Source of the DNA: Pecten maximus
Lineage: Eukaryota
Direction of reading: 5' to 3'
Assembly (NCBI RefSeq): GCF_902652985.1
Contig: NC_047023.1
Coordinates: 7,192,001 to 7,256,000, forward strand
DNA length: 64,000 nucleotides
Shown: positions 27,206 to 39,337 of the stretch, piece after piece
How the letters are laid out: each line of letters opens with the position of its first letter
Position numbering within the stretch: position 1 is the stretch's first letter
Notes under the pieces: generated by a model
The model's database searches: none
Told to the model about the DNA's origin: nothing
What the model saw: only the letters and a program-made list of their open reading frames with translations
Program-made: the position numbers and the translations under genes

Positions 27206-27924
27206 CAACTACGATTATTTTTCAAAAGAAAGTAAAATAAATGATGGACTATTCTGCATCAAGCTAGTTGCATATGATACATAGTATGGCGTGTAGCTAC
27301 GAAGGGAAAGTATTATAATAGTTCCTAGTTTAGTTTCTTTCTTCGTATTCTCCAAGAGAAATATCGCCTAGAAGGCCGTATGATTTTCTTAGCATTACAA
27401 TGATATCGAAAGGCTTCCTGAAACAAACCACTTCCGATGAAATAAGCCATATGAATTATAATTATATGCTGTTATATGATTCCAGGGTATGACTGGCTTG
27501 CCACATACTGTCCAGAATAAAGCTATTGCCTCCAAAAAAACTGCCCCGAACAGAAATATAACGAACATTGTTTTAAAGGTTAATATCAAATCGAAGAGAC
27601 GGGGCCGGTCTTGTAGAACTGCTGATGTCGTTTACTCTTAGTGATTTGTGTGAATTTCCTTTAGGTATCATTATTTCCACTGAATATAAGATGGTCTTTA
27701 TCTATCCATGCGTATTAATACTAAGTAAGACAAATACTTAATAGCCTCGTTGTTTAAATCCCTATGGGGCTTGGGTTTTGACATGGAAATGACTTTTCTA
27801 AGGGCTTTCGTACAGATTCCTTTTTCTTTTTCATTTACCGAGGAAATTGGTTTTAAAACACCAATGCATTGGAATTGATAATTGTATATTTATCATCTGC
27901 AATAAACACACAAGGCCCTTTCTT

Positions 27925-28245
27925 CATTTTTATCGGGATTAATATTCTCTGGCTATACAGTCATATACTGTTCATCATTTGTTGGGATAAATATCCTCTG
28001 ACTCTAAAACTATACTGTTCATCATATTGTCTTGATAAATGTCCACTGACTGTACAATCGTATACTGCTCATCATATTATCGGGATAAATGCCATTTGGC
28101 TGTACTATCATAAACTCTCCATCATATTGTCTTGATAAATGTCATCTGGCTGTACAGTTAAATACTCCTCGTCCAATGATAGTGTCGGGATAGATGTCCT
28201 TTGGCTGTTCAATCGTATACTCCTCATCATATTGTCTGGATATGA
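27925..28245. repeat. Diverged ~50-bp tandem repeat
   Basis: About 6 copies of TATACTGTTCATCATATTGTCTTGATAAATGTCC-like units. Confidence 0.75.
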
Positions 28246-29653
28246 TTTGTATTTGTATTATTGTTTACGGAGTACAATGGGAGATATGGTGTCCCTACAC
28301 AGTTTACTTATCTTGTAAATGAATTGTTACGTGTACTAAGTTTAAATGTACTGAATGCACAATTCATTAATAAATCGGTATCTAAATGGTACTAATTAAC
28401 ATATCTTATATTCAATACGAATATATAGTATTGTGACGCCGTCATCACTATGAATTGATATTCCATGTTGTACTTTACACGAGTTTTGAACACTGGTCCA
28501 TATTAATACAAACGTACTAAGATGACTATGATAGTTACAGAGGGAATCGTGTAAATGAACGGAAGTCCCAATGATAATGCCAAGGCAACATGCATATAAA
28601 TATAAGAACAAGATACAAATTATTCACGGCGAATATCTAAAAGGAAAATGATAATTGGACCATGTGTTCCATAGGGGTAAACCTGTTTCGCTGCTTCAGT
28701 TATCACGTTCTCAACATGAGAACCGGGGTAGTTACAGCTGAACCGTCAGATTTATTGATAGGCATCGAAAATACTCTTCATCTTGCATACATGATAACAT
28801 AGTTGCCAACCAATTCAAGGCGATGACAAACTAATCATAGTCACGATACCGTTTTTAAAGATTATTTTTCGTCAGAAGCAAATATTCGGAACAAGCCCGT
28901 GATTAAACTATCACGCTTACTATACATCTCAGCTGTAAGCTACTGCTGCTGTTTATGTTTTAAGTATAGATCAAGGTTATTGGCTGATGTGGAAGGGAAC
29001 GAAGTGTCCTTTATTTAAAACTCTTAGTTTCTGTAAAGGCCAAACCGCCGTCATTCTCAAATCAGAAAGCAACATTGACGTACCTGAAAAGTTCTTCAAC
29101 TATAAAGCTCCGAATGAATACAGGTTTGCCAATAGCGAGGCACAGTCTGTTCGATAATTATAAAGTCAAACTCAGCAAGAAATTCAATTATCACTATTAT
29201 CCCAGGAATCATTATCCACCTTTTATTTCATTGTTAGTTTAGTGGTAATGTCAGTTATGGGATGTTTCTTTAAATAATTACACAATAAAACAGTCTGGTA
29301 CAAATTGAGCCAAATCATTTTTGAACTGAGCTTCACAGTACGTTTCTTTATGATTCAAAGGACGAATTTTAAAAAGGCCAAATTATTTGAGTGTCAAATC
29401 CTCCAATAACGCAATCCCTGAATTAAATCTTATATTTGGCTACAAACACAGATGACAAATAATCACTTCCTGGCGTAAACACATGCCTTCACATTCCAGT
29501 TTAAAATCAATAATTGCACTGCTTTGATCTCTAAAATGTAACCGACACATTACAGTGGAGCTGAATAAAGCGGAACTATTAATTTAAAACATATTTGGAC
29601 AAACGCCCTTGTATATCAAACGGACATATGAACATCGTAGGTTTAGGTAGCAG

Positions 29654-29876
29654 TTTGTTTGTTTTTTTTTTTTTTAACGTCCTATTAACAGCCAGGGTCA
29701 TTTAGGACGTGCCAGGTTTTGGAGGTGGAGGAAAGCCGGGGTACCCGGAGAAAAACCACCGGCCTACGGTCAGTACCTGGCAACTGCCCCACGTAGGTTT
29801 CGAACTCGAAACCCAGAGGTGGGGGGCTAGTGTTAAAGTGTCGGGACACCTTAACCACTCGGCCACCGCGGCCCCC
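29654..29876 (-). mobile_element. tRNA-derived SINE, full length
   Basis: Nearly identical to the copy at 16356; 10-bp TSD TAGGTAGCAG (29644-29653 and 29878-29887). Confidence 0.93.
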
Positions 29877-31284
29877 ATAGGTAGCAGAAACTGGCCATTC
29901 ACAACAGGGAAGTTAAATATCATCACCTTATCATACAACTGAGTTGTTAGATATCCATGTTGGTAACGAATTAAAATAAAGATCGAGGTAAGAGACCAAT
30001 GTCAAATGGAATGAAGGGAGGAATGTAGTGTCTTTGCTTTAGTTCTTTCATAATCTATTTATATGGTCAGTCATTCTTGGTATCAAATCTAAAGCGGAAG
30101 TAGTGTTAGGTCAATTTGATAACGATTAGAATACAGATCATCTTAACGTAATCTGACACGTGTTTTTAAAGGTGATATGCATTTTAATCTGATTGGATCA
30201 TACCGATTAAAAGCCATCGCTTCTCTGCTTAAACAAAATACACCATCGAATCAAAATGGTTGTATTACATGTATATATACGGTGAAGATGAGTCAGTTTT
30301 CGTTAGATGTCAAATATATCATAAGACCTTATTATTGTAGTACACAATGTATTTGTTTTCATTTTGAGATGCCCCCGTGTGTATATTTCAGAATAGTGTT
30401 TCTGTACTCCAAAATATGCACACATTGGAGCAAAAGTTTCATGTATTATGAAAACAGAAGTTAGATTAGTACGCTACAGATTAAACCTTTATCCGTACCA
30501 CTATCGGCATAATTTAGTAAGATTTGTAAGACTGGCAGATAAACTATTGAGTAGGCTCTCCCTTGAATATTACCTACGTTAATGTGGTTCTGTAACAAAT
30601 TCTGAAGTTTTATTTAATACTGTATATTATGAATAAAGAAAATCATCATAATTTTTTTTCAAATCTGTAGATTTCGTTCAGTGTATCTTTATTATGTACA
30701 CTGGATTTGTTTTTGTAATAAGATCTTATGAATGCGAGTTGTTTGAACATAAATGCAATTTTTGTTCAAAAGAGCCTACTTCGGTATAAGCAAATGATTC
30801 ATAGTCTTTTAATGGTACAGACTTGCATAAAATGCGATTACATGGTTATATTGATGTGTACTATTTCACACTTGAACTATCGGTAAAAGATTTTGAAATG
30901 GCCGTATCGTACGGAATCAGAAAGCAAAAATTATGATTTTTTTTTTTTTAGAGGACAAATTGCGATGCATATAATGTTCAATATGGCTATATTCTTTTTA
31001 TTTAGTACATGACAATAATATCACAAGTTATTTCCTATGCAATATGCAATATATCGATTATCATTTTGAGATGCCCCCGTCTGGACGGGGAATCTACTAC
31101 TGGTGTGGGAAGTCGATTCCATGTTTTACAATCCTATTTTTAAAAGCGTATTGTAATTTAAAATATGTACACATGGGAGCAAAAGTGTAATTAACTATTA
31201 AATTTAGAAGTTATATTAATAAATTACGGAATTTATTTTTACACTTGGTCATATCAGCAAAGTTAAGTCGTATTTTTCGTTGAG

Positions 31285-31638
31285 ACACTCCCTTCCGGCG
31301 CGGGCAGTCAACCGGTAATGTCATGCACTGTATGTGAAGTAATTTCTGTGATATAATGTCGATGGTAAACGCTTTATAAGAATAAAAGATGTTGCTTTGT
31401 CAAAACACCTGTTTAAAATATTTGCTAAAATGGTGTTATTTTTTATTTATTTATTAATTGATATTTTTTAACAAGTCCGGATAAAATACCCGTATGTTTT
31501 ATATAATAGTAATGTACTTCCGGTAAATATTGGCTTCCTGTCTCATCAGGACCTGTCAGCGTACATCCGCGTCTGTACACGTCTCTGTCTATACAGGAAG
31601 TCCCCAACTGTACCGCGGCGCGTTCGTTGTTGTTGTAA
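31285..31638 (+). CDS. Candidate last two exons (31285-31314, 31550-31638) of a small orphan gene, paralog A
   Basis: GAG|..|GTAATG 30-nt phase 1-1 exon, then a CATCAG| acceptor. Spliced: TPFRRGQSTGPVSVHPRLYTSLSIQEVPNCTAARSLLL*. AATAAA at 31705. About 80% nucleotide identity to the reverse complement of 43619-43697. Confidence 0.4.
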
Positions 31639-31859
31639 TGCTTGTAAAGATACTGTAGGGTTCAAACTGTCTATCATCAAGAACACTTTGAATATCAAGA
31701 TTTCAATAAACAAATGGTTACTGAAGTTTCAAAATAACCATTGACAATTGCTAATCATGACTGACTTGTGTAATCAAGCACTATAATTGTACAAATAATG
31801 AGTGATAACATACTTGTTATGATATCGATCGTTGTATAATGTCCACTACGAAAAACATA

Positions 31860-33305
31860 ACCGGTACGGTCAGGGATGTAAATAAAAGTTGTAGTATATC
31901 ATAAATACAGGTACTAATATTGACCGGTACGGTCGGGGATGTAAATTAAAGCTGTAATATATCTTTAATACATGTACTAATGTTGACCAGTACGCTCAGG
32001 GACGTAAATTTAAGCCGTATGATATTATTATAGCAGGTACTTATGTTGACAAGCATGGTCAGGGATGTAAATCAAAGTTATAGTATATCATAAATACAGG
32101 TACTGATGTTGACCGGTAGAGTCAGGGATGTTAATTAAAGTTGTATTATATCATGAATACAGGTACTAATGTTGACCGGTACAGTCAGGGATGTAAATTA
32201 AAGTTGTATATTATCATAAATACAGGTACTAATGTTGACAGGTACAGTCAGGGATGTAAATTAAAGCTGTAATATATCTTTAATACAGATACTGATGTTG
32301 ACCGGTACAGTCAGGGATGTAAATTGAAGTTGTATATTATATAAGTAACTGTATTTATGATAATATACAACTTTAATTTACATCCCTGACTGTACCGGTC
32401 AACATCAGTACAGTTACTTATGTCGACCGGTACGGTCAGGGATGTTGATTAAAGTTGTATATTATCATTAATACAGGTACTGATGTTGACCGGTACAGTC
32501 AGGGATGAATACAGGTACTGATGTTGACCGGTACAGTCAGGGATGTAAATTAAAGTTGTATATCATCATTAATACAGGTACTGATGCTGACCGGTACTGT
32601 CAGGGATGTAAATTAAAGCTGTATTATAATATTATTACAGGTACTGATGTTGACCGGTACAGTCAGGGATGTAAATTAAAGTTGTAGTATATCATAAATA
32701 CAGGTACTGATGTTGACCGGTACGGTCAGGGATGTCAATTAAAGCTGTATTATAATATTATTACAGGTACTGATGTTGACCGGTACGGTCAGGGATGCAA
32801 ATTAAAGTTGTAGTTTATCATTAATACAGGTACTGATGCTGATCGGTACGGTCAGGGATGTAAATGAAAGCTGTATTATATCATAAATACAGGTACTGAT
32901 GTTGACCGGTACGGTCAGGGATGCAAATTAAAGTTGTATTATATCTTTAAAACGGGTACTTATGTTGACCGGTACAGTCAGGGATGTTAATTTCAGCTGT
33001 ATTATATCATTAATACAGGTACTGATGTTGACCGGTACAGTCAGGGATGTTAATTTCAGCTGTATTATATCATGAATACATGTACTAATGCTGACCGGTA
33101 CGGTCAGGGATGTAAATTAAAGTTGTAGTATATCATAAATACAGGTACTGATGTTGACCGGTACGGTCAGGAATGTCAATTAAAGCTGTATTATAATATT
33201 ATTACAGGTACTAATATTGACCGGTACGGTCAGGGATGTAAATTAAAGTTGTATTATATCATTAATACAGGTACTGATGTTGACCGGTACGGCTAGGGAT
33301 GTAAA
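31860..33305 (+). repeat. 63-bp satellite array (ACCGGTACGGTCAGGGATGTAAATTAAAGTTGTATTATATCATAAATACAGGTACTGATGTTG)
   Basis: About 22 units, one internally inverted unit at 32341-32421. Confidence 0.96.
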
Positions 33306-35439
33306 TCAATATTTGCATGTGTCTTGTTTTTGAGAAGAGTGCAACCTTTTGTCAGTTCCCGTGGTGCAAGTTTCACAAAGTATCTAAAAGTTTGGTTACC
33401 TATATCGGAGAAAATAAGTTTCATCTTTAAACGGATACATGGAATGGATATCAGTGTCGAAAGTTTGAATTGGTATATGTAGTCATACATACTATTATAC
33501 ATAAAGTGGTTAAAGATAGAAAAATTACAGCACTGTATATGCAAGTAAATGGCAGTATCTTACATGCTTACTATTAATATTCAATAGTTTTCTGTTAATC
33601 CTATGATTGATAATGATATAAGCAGGGTCCGTTTTTAGATAATTGGTCACTACTAACTAATGGAGTAATGCTCTTTTCCGCGTCAGGGTCTACACACATT
33701 AAATTTATGCAGGTAAGTATTTAAAAAGATATTGTGTCCACAAGTATGCATCCTAGACCCCTCTAATTTGGCATATACAACCATTAGATATTTAAGATTG
33801 ATGTCACGTCAATTTACTGTTGATTTATTGGGTAATTTTTGGACGTAACATTCGTCCTGTTAATTGTGAAAGACTTTTAAGTTTACGAATATGCACACCG
33901 TATTAGTTAATAAATAATTGTGTAACAAATACTGCTGACAATTTGATCTTATGACGTATGTATTGATGATCAATCTCAAACGACAATGCCGAAAAACCCT
34001 GTAATGATATAACTTTTAAGATTCGCCGATTTTAGTGTTAGGACCCGAACGAAGTGAAGGTTGAAGTAGTCGGTTTCCCATCAAAATCTTTTGCGTGTCC
34101 ATATTGGGTTCTCTGTAATATTTGATATATTACAATTCGTGTTAGCGATTATTACCAGCTAACATCATACAATGGTAAATTTCTACGTGAAGTGGCCTAT
34201 TCAAAAAGGTGTCGTATTGTTTCTCCTTTAAAAGTGCAAGCAAAATAATGGTAATATCTGTTTCACTCGTATGACTCTTGCTTCGCACTCGAGAAAAAAA
34301 TGTACTTTGTTTCTGTATTTAGTAATACTGATATACTGATAAAACATATAGATCTCTTTGTGTATGAGGGAAACATTTCCTTTGGACCAAATCATTTCTT
34401 TTTCATGCTTTATAGTTAACGTCAATAATGCACCAACTACATGTGCAAGTAAAGCTAGTATTTTCTCAAAGTAGAATGTGATATTCAAAATCCCCCGCCG
34501 AATATCCAGATGACACTTTATGAAATATTTTTGCATGCCAATTAAAATTATTTGTTATGTGAAGTACTAGAATGTGAAAAATAACTTCAATGGCAATACC
34601 ACACAAATCACAAAGAATGCAGCTATCAAACTGTAATCACATCTTCACATAGTGTTGTACCACACTTCAAAACGTAGATCTAATCCTCAGGGCACAGTAA
34701 ATTTGTTTCCGAATCCCTTGACCATTACTCTCTATCATAGATTACTGTTCACAATTCTATTCCCGAAGCAAATGTATACAAACGCGGGTCAGTTTGTGGA
34801 AACAGCTGGTCGACTCAAGGCGATTATACTCATTTATCAAACAATTAATTATAGTCATTGACACTATGGCTGTCCTGCCGTCAAGATAACACTCTTTAGT
34901 TAAACAAGTTTTATTTCCAGATAAATGCAAAAGGACTGGACACAAGTTACCCTAGAAAGTTATCTCTGCATTCATGTATAGATGTATATGTAAAATTGTA
35001 AAGTTGCTGAAAAGATTATCTGCATATTTATCGCATCATCGAATGTGCGTGTGTGGTTTTTTTTTGGTCGTTAGTATATATTAGTTGTTCGATATGTTAA
35101 GTGCTAAGAGTAAACTAATGACCCGAAATTCGAGTGGTAATTTAATTAAGTTATCTTTCAATTCTAAACTGTCTTATTAGCCAGTGCAGGGAGATTGTTT
35201 TACCTGTCAGGACACCTGGCTTGCAACCCTTTAGTATATGTCCGATAAGGTTAAGTCATCACCTCTCCGGATTAAGGAGGGAACAACTTATTTCAAGCCT
35301 ATTTGCGTGTGTCATTTTTCATGTGAGGTAAGATGAAAGTATCGTGCATGTTACTAATCAGTTTCATCGTAAATATCTTAGCTAGGCGCACGTCAACGCT
35401 TACCTCCAAGTCTAACACAAAACAGTCTCAGAAGATTGA

Positions 35440-35910
35440 GTTTATTGTACCCCGGGAGTATACTGGAATCGGCCTGTCGGTCTGTCTGTCGTCCCATAAT
35501 CGCGTCCGGACAACTCATCTTAAACCGATGGGCCGATTCCAATGGAACCTCACACGCATATAAAGGATGGAATGAAGATTTGCATGCAGCTGTTAAAATT
35601 ACAAAATTTCGGTTGGCATGGTGGCCGGTCATTTTCAACAGGTTTTCCTTGTCCGGACAGCTTCTTAACTGGTGATCCGATTCCAATGAAACTTCACACA
35701 AATATAAAGGGTCGTGTGTAGAATTATGGTTACTATGGTAATAGGTCATTATAAAGAGCTATACCCCTCAGTCGTTTGGTCGATTTTATATTTATCCAAA
35801 ATGAAATATGAATTTGTAAGTATGTATTCAAAATACTACAAAACTGTACTTTGCAAATAGCATGGAGGGGGAGCGGGGGTATATAAGTCAGCCATCGGCT
35901 TACAGTTATA
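35440..35910 (+). mobile_element. Helentron/pearl-like non-autonomous element
   Basis: TTTATTGTACCC start, GTCTGTCTGTC microsatellite, two core repeats (GTCCGGACA..CCGATTCCAATG.AAC.TCACAC), GCGGGGGTAT subterminal motif. Confidence 0.65.
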
Positions 35911-37557
35911 AAAGGTCATACTTTTTTTTTAAAGATGTTTTATCTCCCAATACAGGTAAATATGAATGATTAGAAAACAAGAAGAGACTGTTTCATGTTT
36001 TCATGCAACACTTTAAATACATTGAACACCTGTACTTAACGCTAAACTTTATCTTTATATCTTTTAAATTTAAGATGCGAATAGATAATTGATTGCATTC
36101 AGATGAAATTCCGTCGCGCAGTCTCCACATTTTACCTGAAATTCTGTAATACAAATGTATATGCGATTATTTTTTGACGCTGATATTTATTTATGATAAC
36201 ATATATTTCTTTACCGTACGGCACTGAGATAGATATATTTGATGCATTTTTGTGACCAGTAGTGAATACGTTGTCAGCGGTGTTACATTTGAATTGTCAT
36301 ACTTGTTGTAATACTATTGATATAATAGTTTGTTTCTTGAAATTGATATATTAATGTTAAAAGATTGTTTGAATACAAACTTCAAATGTATGTCCGTGAT
36401 AGAACATATTGGATGTTTCGTGTTCATAGTATATATAGTATAGTATATATGTCATCTTCAGTAATAAGTGAATAAAAGCGACCGATGTGTTTAAAATATT
36501 ACCCTTTGCTTACATTTACTGTGTACACAGAAAATTGCTACATAATGATAGTCGGTTTCGACGGGAAATCGGATATGTATTTGTCAAAAATGGAGCTTTG
36601 TCAACAACGAAACTGCTAAATATAGACACCAGCTATCTGGTCGGTTCGAGATAACATGAATGCCAGCGAAGTTTCATTCGACTTTTTATCGTACCGATCG
36701 TAATCAACCGATGTTTAACAGAAAAAAAGCACATCTTTCTTGGAAGTTAACTTCAGTTCAATACAATTTTTGCATTACATATTATTGATACCAATTAGTA
36801 ATACCAATTTCAGGATACGTTTGTAGAGAATCTATGCGTTGGCCTTGATTAGACCGACACGCGAAGGCGTATTTATTTTGAGTATTGAATCAAAGATATT
36901 TAGATACGTGGTATTAATGTGATGCTTCCTCACTTTTGAGATCTAGAAAATTATACACGCAACTCTCTGCTTATTTCTCCGCATTTTTTCTTCTTTTTTT
37001 ACTTTTATTTTCTATGCTTTCTTTTCCCTACCTTCTGATTTTTCGCAGACATCGTAGTTTTTAGCAGTAAAGAGTTAACATGGACTACACTTTTTTCAGG
37101 TAGATTTTCACCGTTAATTAAGGGAATTCGAGATATAAAAGACAGAAAATTACAAGAATCCAACATATTAACATCTACATGTGAAGTAGGTGAATGAACA
37201 CACAGATGGAAATGACAGGTGTTTCTAAGAATAGATACCTAGTCTATTATACTTTTGTAAGAGATAAAGACGACTAATACTTTGGTACGGACATCTTTTG
37301 ATGACGCAAAAGGTACTGCTAGACACACTGTTTTGTCCTTCCGCCTTCGGCCATCATGCTTTTGAAGGGATATTTAATATTTACCAAATGTTGATATAAC
37401 CATTATTCATCTTAAACCATGTAGTAACCTTATACACAGACCATGAAGGTTCATATTCATACAGATTAAAATTAATTCTCTGGTCCTTTTGATAAGTCAC
37501 AATGCACATCTTTTGCTTATTTACATTTATGCTCGCTATAAGCAGACCGGTGTCCTA

Positions 37558-38736
37558 TATGGCAAGACAAGTTGTCATTTATTCACGGAGCAACATTGAT
37601 CCAGCCTTTTACCAAATCATATCTTATAAACTTTATAAGATATTTTATATAATAAATGAGATTTCTTATATACTTTTCTTTATAAGATATCTTATATAAG
37701 ATATATCATCAAATATATGATATCTTATAAAGAAAAATATATCAGATATCTTATATAATTCGATAATATGATATCTTATAAAGAACGAGATTTGAATTTG
37801 AGAAAATGAACTCTCCTCCACTCGATGAAGGTGAAACTACATACAATGGTTTGAAATAGATTTGTAATTGCCATATATTCAAGTTTGCTCGAACACGACT
37901 TCTGCTCCACGCCTAGCCAATCGTGGTCACGACAGACGGTTGGTTGTGTATGTTGCGCGTGCCTTCCTACAAAACGGAAGTTACCTTACAGAGGGAACAG
38001 TCAATCTCGAAATTTTAGGTTTTGTCGGTCTCACGAGTCTCGTTCTTTATAAGATATCTTATAAAACTTTTCTTTATAATTTGTTTAGTTTGATTTTTGT
38101 TTAACGTCCAATTAACAGCCAGGGTCATTTAAGGACGTGCCAGGTTTTGGAGGTGGAGGAAAGCCGGAGTACCCGGAGAAAAACCACCGGCCTACAGTCA
38201 GTACTTGGCAACTGCCCCACGTAGGTTTCTAACTCGCAACCCAGAGGAGGAGGGCCCCTTTCTTTATAATATATCTTATATATTATATAAGATATCTGAT
38301 ATCTTTTATAATATATCTTATATATCATATAAGATATCTTATATATTTATGAGATATCTCATATTAGTACTTAATAAGATATTCCATAAACAAAATCTTA
38401 TTAAAATATGAAATATCTTATAAAGAAAAATTTATAAGATATCTTACATACTTAAAAAGATATCTCATAAAGAAAAGTTTTTAATATATCTTAAAGAATA
38501 TATAAGAAACATTATATACTATATAAGATATCTTATAAGATATCTTATATATTATATAAGATAACTTTTAAACTTTAAATAAGATATCTTATAAACATAT
38601 AAGATATCTTGTAAACATATAAGATATCTCATTAACATATAAGATATCTTACATAACGTATTAGATATCTTATATAATTTGGTAAAATACTGGATCAACA
38701 TTACTTTGCGAATAAATGACAACTTGGCTTGCCATA
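37558..38736. mobile_element. TATGG-terminated TIR element with AAGATATCTT palindrome arrays
   Basis: TIRs of ~60 bp (TATGGCAAGACAAGTTGTCATTTATTC... / ...GAATAAATGACAACTTGGCTTGCCATA), arms of TATAAGATATCTTATA repeats, unique core at about 37790-38045, nested SINE. Confidence 0.85.
38081..38258 (-). mobile_element. tRNA-derived SINE, 5'-truncated, nested in the TIR element
   Basis: Lacks the A box; perfect 12-bp TSD TTTCTTTATAAT (38069-38080 and 38259-38270). Confidence 0.92.
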
Positions 38737-38832
38737 ATCCTGATTTACTATCGCTATTGTTGCTGAGTAAACAAACTGTTACTAATCAATTACTTTGTAA
38801 TAACTGATCATCAAAGGTTCTTGACATTTCAG

Positions 38833-39337
38833 TTTACAGACACCATAACAGTGTGGTAATTGACGCCAAAGAAGGAATATTTTGTTCATCTGTAAATTTA
38901 AGCGGTCCTTACTTTCCTGTTCACGTAGTGAAAAAAAAACAAGTAGATCAAATCAAGAGAGCTTTTGTGAACACCAATCATGCATTGATTTAAAGGAGAC
39001 CGCAAAGAACGGAGGAAATGTTTCCTTTGAATAAGTGCATGTAAGGTCAGCATCCTATGCATGCTAAGGGAAAGAAATCAACATGAATACATCAAAACTC
39101 AAGGGGCTGAATGATGACCGTTTCCTCACAGATCAGCGATATCACGAAATGTTAGAATTCAAGGAAAACGTTCCAGGCGGTACTCCTTTACAACTTCCAC
39201 ACGACGAGAGCAGCTCCGATATATTTACCTACTTGTCTGCTAATGCAAGTACCAGACGGTATTGGTCTGTGATAGGTAGAACTGTCGTCACTTTTAACAA
39301 ACTTGAAAACTCGTTTTCATGCAGATGTTCAAGGAAT
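38833..39337 (+). pseudogene. Zisupton/KDZ transposase-like (HMGXB3-like) fragment
   Basis: After a TTTCAG acceptor: VIDAKEGIFCSSVNLSGPYFPVHVVKK..FCEHQSCIDLKETAKNGGNVSFE*VHVRS...YWSVIGRTVVTFNKLENSFSCRC. Resembles, from recall, the GIF..P.HV.KK..CE...C and GR.VV..CxC motifs of HMGXB3/Zisupton-like proteins. Has a stop and frameshifts; cut by the satellite. Confidence 0.6.

Noticed and set aside
30253-30270. AAAATGGTTGTATTACAT identical to the LINE 3' junction (48538-48555), a possible target motif
   Set aside because: No homology extends on either side and part of the match is poly(A). Cannot be distinguished from chance without other insertion sites.
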